Source: Malacoraja senta
Taxonomy: Eukaryota
Assembly: GCA_038087875.1 (NCBI GenBank)
Contig: CM075987.1
Location: 310,001 to 374,000 of the forward strand
Length of the DNA: 64,000 nt
Direction of reading: 5' to 3'
Shown: positions 60,250-64,000 of the stretch, in pieces
Numbering within the stretch: the stretch's first letter is position 1
Layout of the letters: the number at the start of each line of letters is the position of its first letter
The notes under the pieces: generated by a model
Database searches by the model: none
Told to the model about the DNA's origin: nothing
Seen by the model: only the letters and a program-made list of their open reading frames with translations
Position numbers and translations under genes: made by a program

Positions 60250-61610
60250 GACAGACAATAGGTGCAGGAGTAGGCCATTCGGACCTTCGAGCCAGCACCG
60301 CCATTCAATGTGATCATGGCTGATCATCCCCAATCAGTACCCCGTTCCTGCCTTCTCCCCATATCCCCTGACTCCGCTATTTTTAAGAGCCTATCTAGCT
60401 CTTTCTTGAAAGCATCCAGAGAACCTGCCTCCACCACCCTGTGAGGCAGAGAATTCCACAGACTCACCACTCTCTGTGAGAAAACGTGTTTCCTCGTCTC
60501 CTTTCTAAATGGCTTACTCCTTATTCTTAAAATGTGGCCCGCGGTTCTGGACTCCCCCAACATCGGGAACATGTTTCCTACCTCTAGCGTGTCCAAACCA
60601 TTAACAATCTTATATGTTTCAATGAGATACCCTCTCATCCTTCTAAACTCAAGACTGTACATGCCCAGCTGCTCCATTCTCTCTGCATATAACAGTCCCG
60701 CCATCCTGGGAATTAACCTTGTAAACCTACGCTGCACTCCCTCAATAGCAAGAATGTCCTTCCTCAAATTAGGGGACTAAACCTGCATACAATACTCCAG
60801 GTGTGGTCTCACTAGGGCTCTGTACAACTGCAGAAGGACCTCTTTGCTCCTATATTCGATTCCTCTTGTTATAAAGGCCAACATGCCATTCGCTTTCTTC
60901 ACTGCCTTCTGTACCTGCATGCTTACTTTCATAGACTGATGTACAAGGATCCCCAGATCCCGTTGTACTTCCCCCTTTTCCCAACTTGATGCCATTTAGA
61001 TAGTAATCTGCCTTTCAGTTTTTACTACCAAAGTGGATAACCTCACATTTATCTGCATTAAACTTCATCTGCCATGCATCTGCACACTCCCCCAACCTGC
61101 CCAAGCCACCCTGCATTCCCAGAGCATCCTCCTCACAGTTCACACTGCCACCCAGCTTTGTGTCATCTGCAAATTTGCTAATGTTACTTTGAATCCCTTC
61201 ATCCAAATCATTAATGTATATTGTAAATAGCTGCGGTCCCAGCACCGAGCATGGCGGTACCCCACTAGTCACTGCCTGCCATTCTGAAAGGGACCCATTA
61301 ATCCCTACTCTTTGTTTCCTGTCTGCCAACCACTTTTCTATCCATGTCAGCACTCTACCCCCAATACCACGTGCCCTAATTTTGCCCACTAATCTCCTAT
61401 GTAGAACCTTATCAAATGCTTTCTGAAAGTCCAGGTACACTACATCCACTGGCTCTCCCTTGTCCATTTTCCTAGTTACATCTTCAAAAAATTCCATAAG
61501 TTTAGTCAAGCATGATTTCCCCTTCGTAAATCCATGCTGACTTGGACCGATCCTGTTACTGCTATCCAAATGTTCGGCTACCTCATCTTTTATAATTGAC
61601 TCCAGCGCAT
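60250..61610 (-). mobile_element. CR1 RT 3' fragment
   Basis: ORFs 61015-61569, 60777-60995 and 60324-60767 with CR1 RT motifs. Confidence 0.9.
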
Positions 61611-62811
61611 AATGAAATATTTTATTTGAACATAAGATGTTCTTCCAGTTATAACTTCACTGTTTTCAAGCACACTGTAGAATTAATACATTCCAGCAAT
61701 TCTCTAGACCTTTTCTTTTTTGCCATTAAATTTCCTGACCTGAAACACTGTTGAATTAAGTATAACATTTTTCTCCTTGTTATTGTCTACTTTCTGGTTC
61801 CATAATTTACTTCATGCCATTGGCTGATGTCATATTGATTGATATTTCTAAAACCTTGCTTATTTCATTACGAATGCACCCAATTTTCCCCTCCTTATAA
61901 TTTGTTGTTCATTCTTATTCTGCTCACCTTCAGGATCCATGTTATTAGGAAGTGCAAATGCAGCTGCAACAAATATCCTAATTCAGATGACAAACATTTG
62001 AAGATATCCTTTTGATGGCACTGCCAGATTTCAGCTGAACATATTGCACTTGATCATTGTTCATCTGGTCACGTTTGAAGTCCCTCAAAGCTCAGTGGTG
62101 CCATCATCTAATCTTCCATTCGCTCAGCCTCCCTCTCCTCTCCATGGCAACTACTAGAGTCATTTCACATTTCCTCATTTTTAAGGAGCAATCACTTTTA
62201 CTTTGGTTGCTTTTACTGGAGCAAATCTCCCCACACTATCAAATGTGGTACATTTTAATTCATCTGGTCCTGAGGCATATTATTTGATTGCATTGATTCT
62301 TATTTGATTGCATTGATTCAGTTGCGACTGAACGCTTGAACTACGCAAAGCTGTCAGTTAATTGATAAAATCGATAAGTGTTAACGTTAGATTGTGACTG
62401 CCATATGCAGATGAGTGAGTTTGAATCATGGTGCTAAATTTCACCAATAGGTATTTAGCGATGATTATGTTTTCTTTTGTAGAGGTCTTTTGAAAGAAAT
62501 GGGTTGAGGCTGGGAGAATGGGGATGTAAAATGTCCTTAACTACTTGTTTGATTAGTTGTTAGCCTTTTCCACCATTCGAGCTGCCAACCTGCATGTTAT
62601 CACGTGCCTGGCATGGGTGAATCAGTGAATAGAACAGGCAATTGCATTTAGTTAAATCATTTAGTAAAGGGAGACTTTCAGGTATATTTGAGAATTATAG
62701 TGATACACCAGAGAGATTGCTCCTTCAGCCCATCATCAATGGGCCTTCAATCACCATTTACACTAACCCTACATTACCATTATGATCCCCTCGATTCTAC
62801 CACTCACTGGC

Positions 62812-64000
62812 TGTTTTGTAATCAAACCATTACAAAGTATTCAAAGTGAACCACAAAGCGTTTATTAAAACCTATGTAGAGAGAATCATACATACTGTTA
62901 CACTTGTTGCATCATCTTACGGACTGCCGAGCTAAGGGATGAGCAGGCTGCTATCAGTAATTGCATTCCTACACAAATCCCGGACTGAATTACATGTTGG
63001 AATGTGCATCATGCATAATGTATGTGGTGACGGCTATATTGACAGAGATTAATATGGTTGATCCACATCCTTCCTCTTAAAGAAGCAAATCATCATTAAA
63101 CAAGCATATGGTGGAGTATATAGAAAAACACCAATATGAGGGGTGTGCACTTTACTTAACACAGTCCTTGTACTTTGGATTCGGCCTGCAGACGCGATCT
63201 GCACGTGAACGGTATCTACCGTTTTCTCCCTTCACCAGAGATTGAATAGGAGAAGGGAGTGATACTGCAGGTCTGACTGGTGTTGAGGGTGAGGATGGAG
63301 ACCTCGGCAGCAGCCGGGGAGGTGAAGCAGCAAGTAAAGCATCTGGACCGGGATTAGCAGGCAATTGTGGGACCGTGGGACTCGAACCGTTGGACCATGG
63401 AGGAGACACAGCTGTGTCGTCAGGATAGTGTTGAGGCGGCACTGGCTCATTGACCGTGCAAAGGTGTTGTCGGGTACATCATCAACACTGACCAAGTATG
63501 AGCACGGCTCAGGAGTAGTGCCCTGAATGATGCCCAGCAAGCGAACAACCTGTCCTTTGGTTAGAGGCGGAAGCGGTGTGCTTGACTTGTCATCATATTT
63601 GTTCTGGGTATCACGTCACTGTTGGAACTTTGCCTGGATCACCGCCGGGGCACAAATTTGTGGTTGGAACATCTGTTTCGCTAAAGTTAGCATAGTGTGA
63701 GTCTGTCTTGATATAAGGCGCTGGGCAGGGGAACCCAGAATCGGATCACGAGAAATGTTCCATAAATTGAGTAAGTCGAGATAGACATCAGAACAGCCCG
63801 ATGGGACTGTTCCATCACTTGTTTGGCATTTCTCACCGCACGTTCGGCGGGTACTCTGGGATGCTGGTGATATGGCGAAAATCCCAGCGTTTAGCGAAGT
63901 TCTTGAAATGCTGACTGGTGAATTGGCTGCCATTGTCGGAGAGAAGGTGAACGGGGAGCCCCGTGGACAGAAAGGTGGAGTGCCAGCTTTTCAACAACCA
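62812..64000 (-). mobile_element. Ty3/Gypsy LTR retrotransposon 3' end (integrase remnant, PPT, 256-bp 3' LTR at 62812-63067)
   Basis: Minus frame LLSDNGSQFTSQHFKNFAKRWDFRHITS (rve core) and C-terminal RSRADRVCRPNPKYKD. Polypurine tract tttaagaggaagga (63068-63081) abuts a TG..CA-bounded LTR with AATAAA (62861-62866). The element runs off the window. Confidence 0.85.

Noticed and set aside
58040-62800. Additional host exons in the repeat-poor AT-rich stretches
   Set aside because: No ORF with recognisable motifs or convincing splice pairs. Only decayed CR1/SINE ends are seen.

Overview
Vertebrate genomic DNA from a cartilaginous fish. The IgM sequence and the CR1/HE1/Penelope repeat content suggest a skate or ray (inference). 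The window is mostly retroelements (CR1, L1, Tx1, Rex/Babar, L2, Penelope, DIRS, Gypsy) around one host gene: a complete, apparently intact, plus-strand immunoglobulin mu heavy-chain cluster whose V, D and J are already fused in the germline. Exons: leader 14127-14172, joined VDJ 14381-14752, Cmu1 20342-20638, Cmu2 21794-22105, Cmu3 22345-22647, Cmu4 plus secretory tail 23870-24261, TM1 33090-33217, TM2 33351-33359. All junctions are GT-AG and in frame, and I saw no RSS. The TM segment departs from the conserved BCR motif (SYG where YS is expected, an Arg, and a KIK tail). Other notable structures: hammerhead-ribozyme-like motifs in Penelope termini, including a 185-bp hairpin just upstream of TM1; an esterase-ORF1 CR1 with a tandem 80-bp monomer 5' end; a stack of Tx1 3' ends all joined at the same 14-bp motif; a DIRS element with a methyltransferase-like domain; and several nested insertions. 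A 200-N assembly gap lies at 47321-47520. All calls were made by eye, without database searches.
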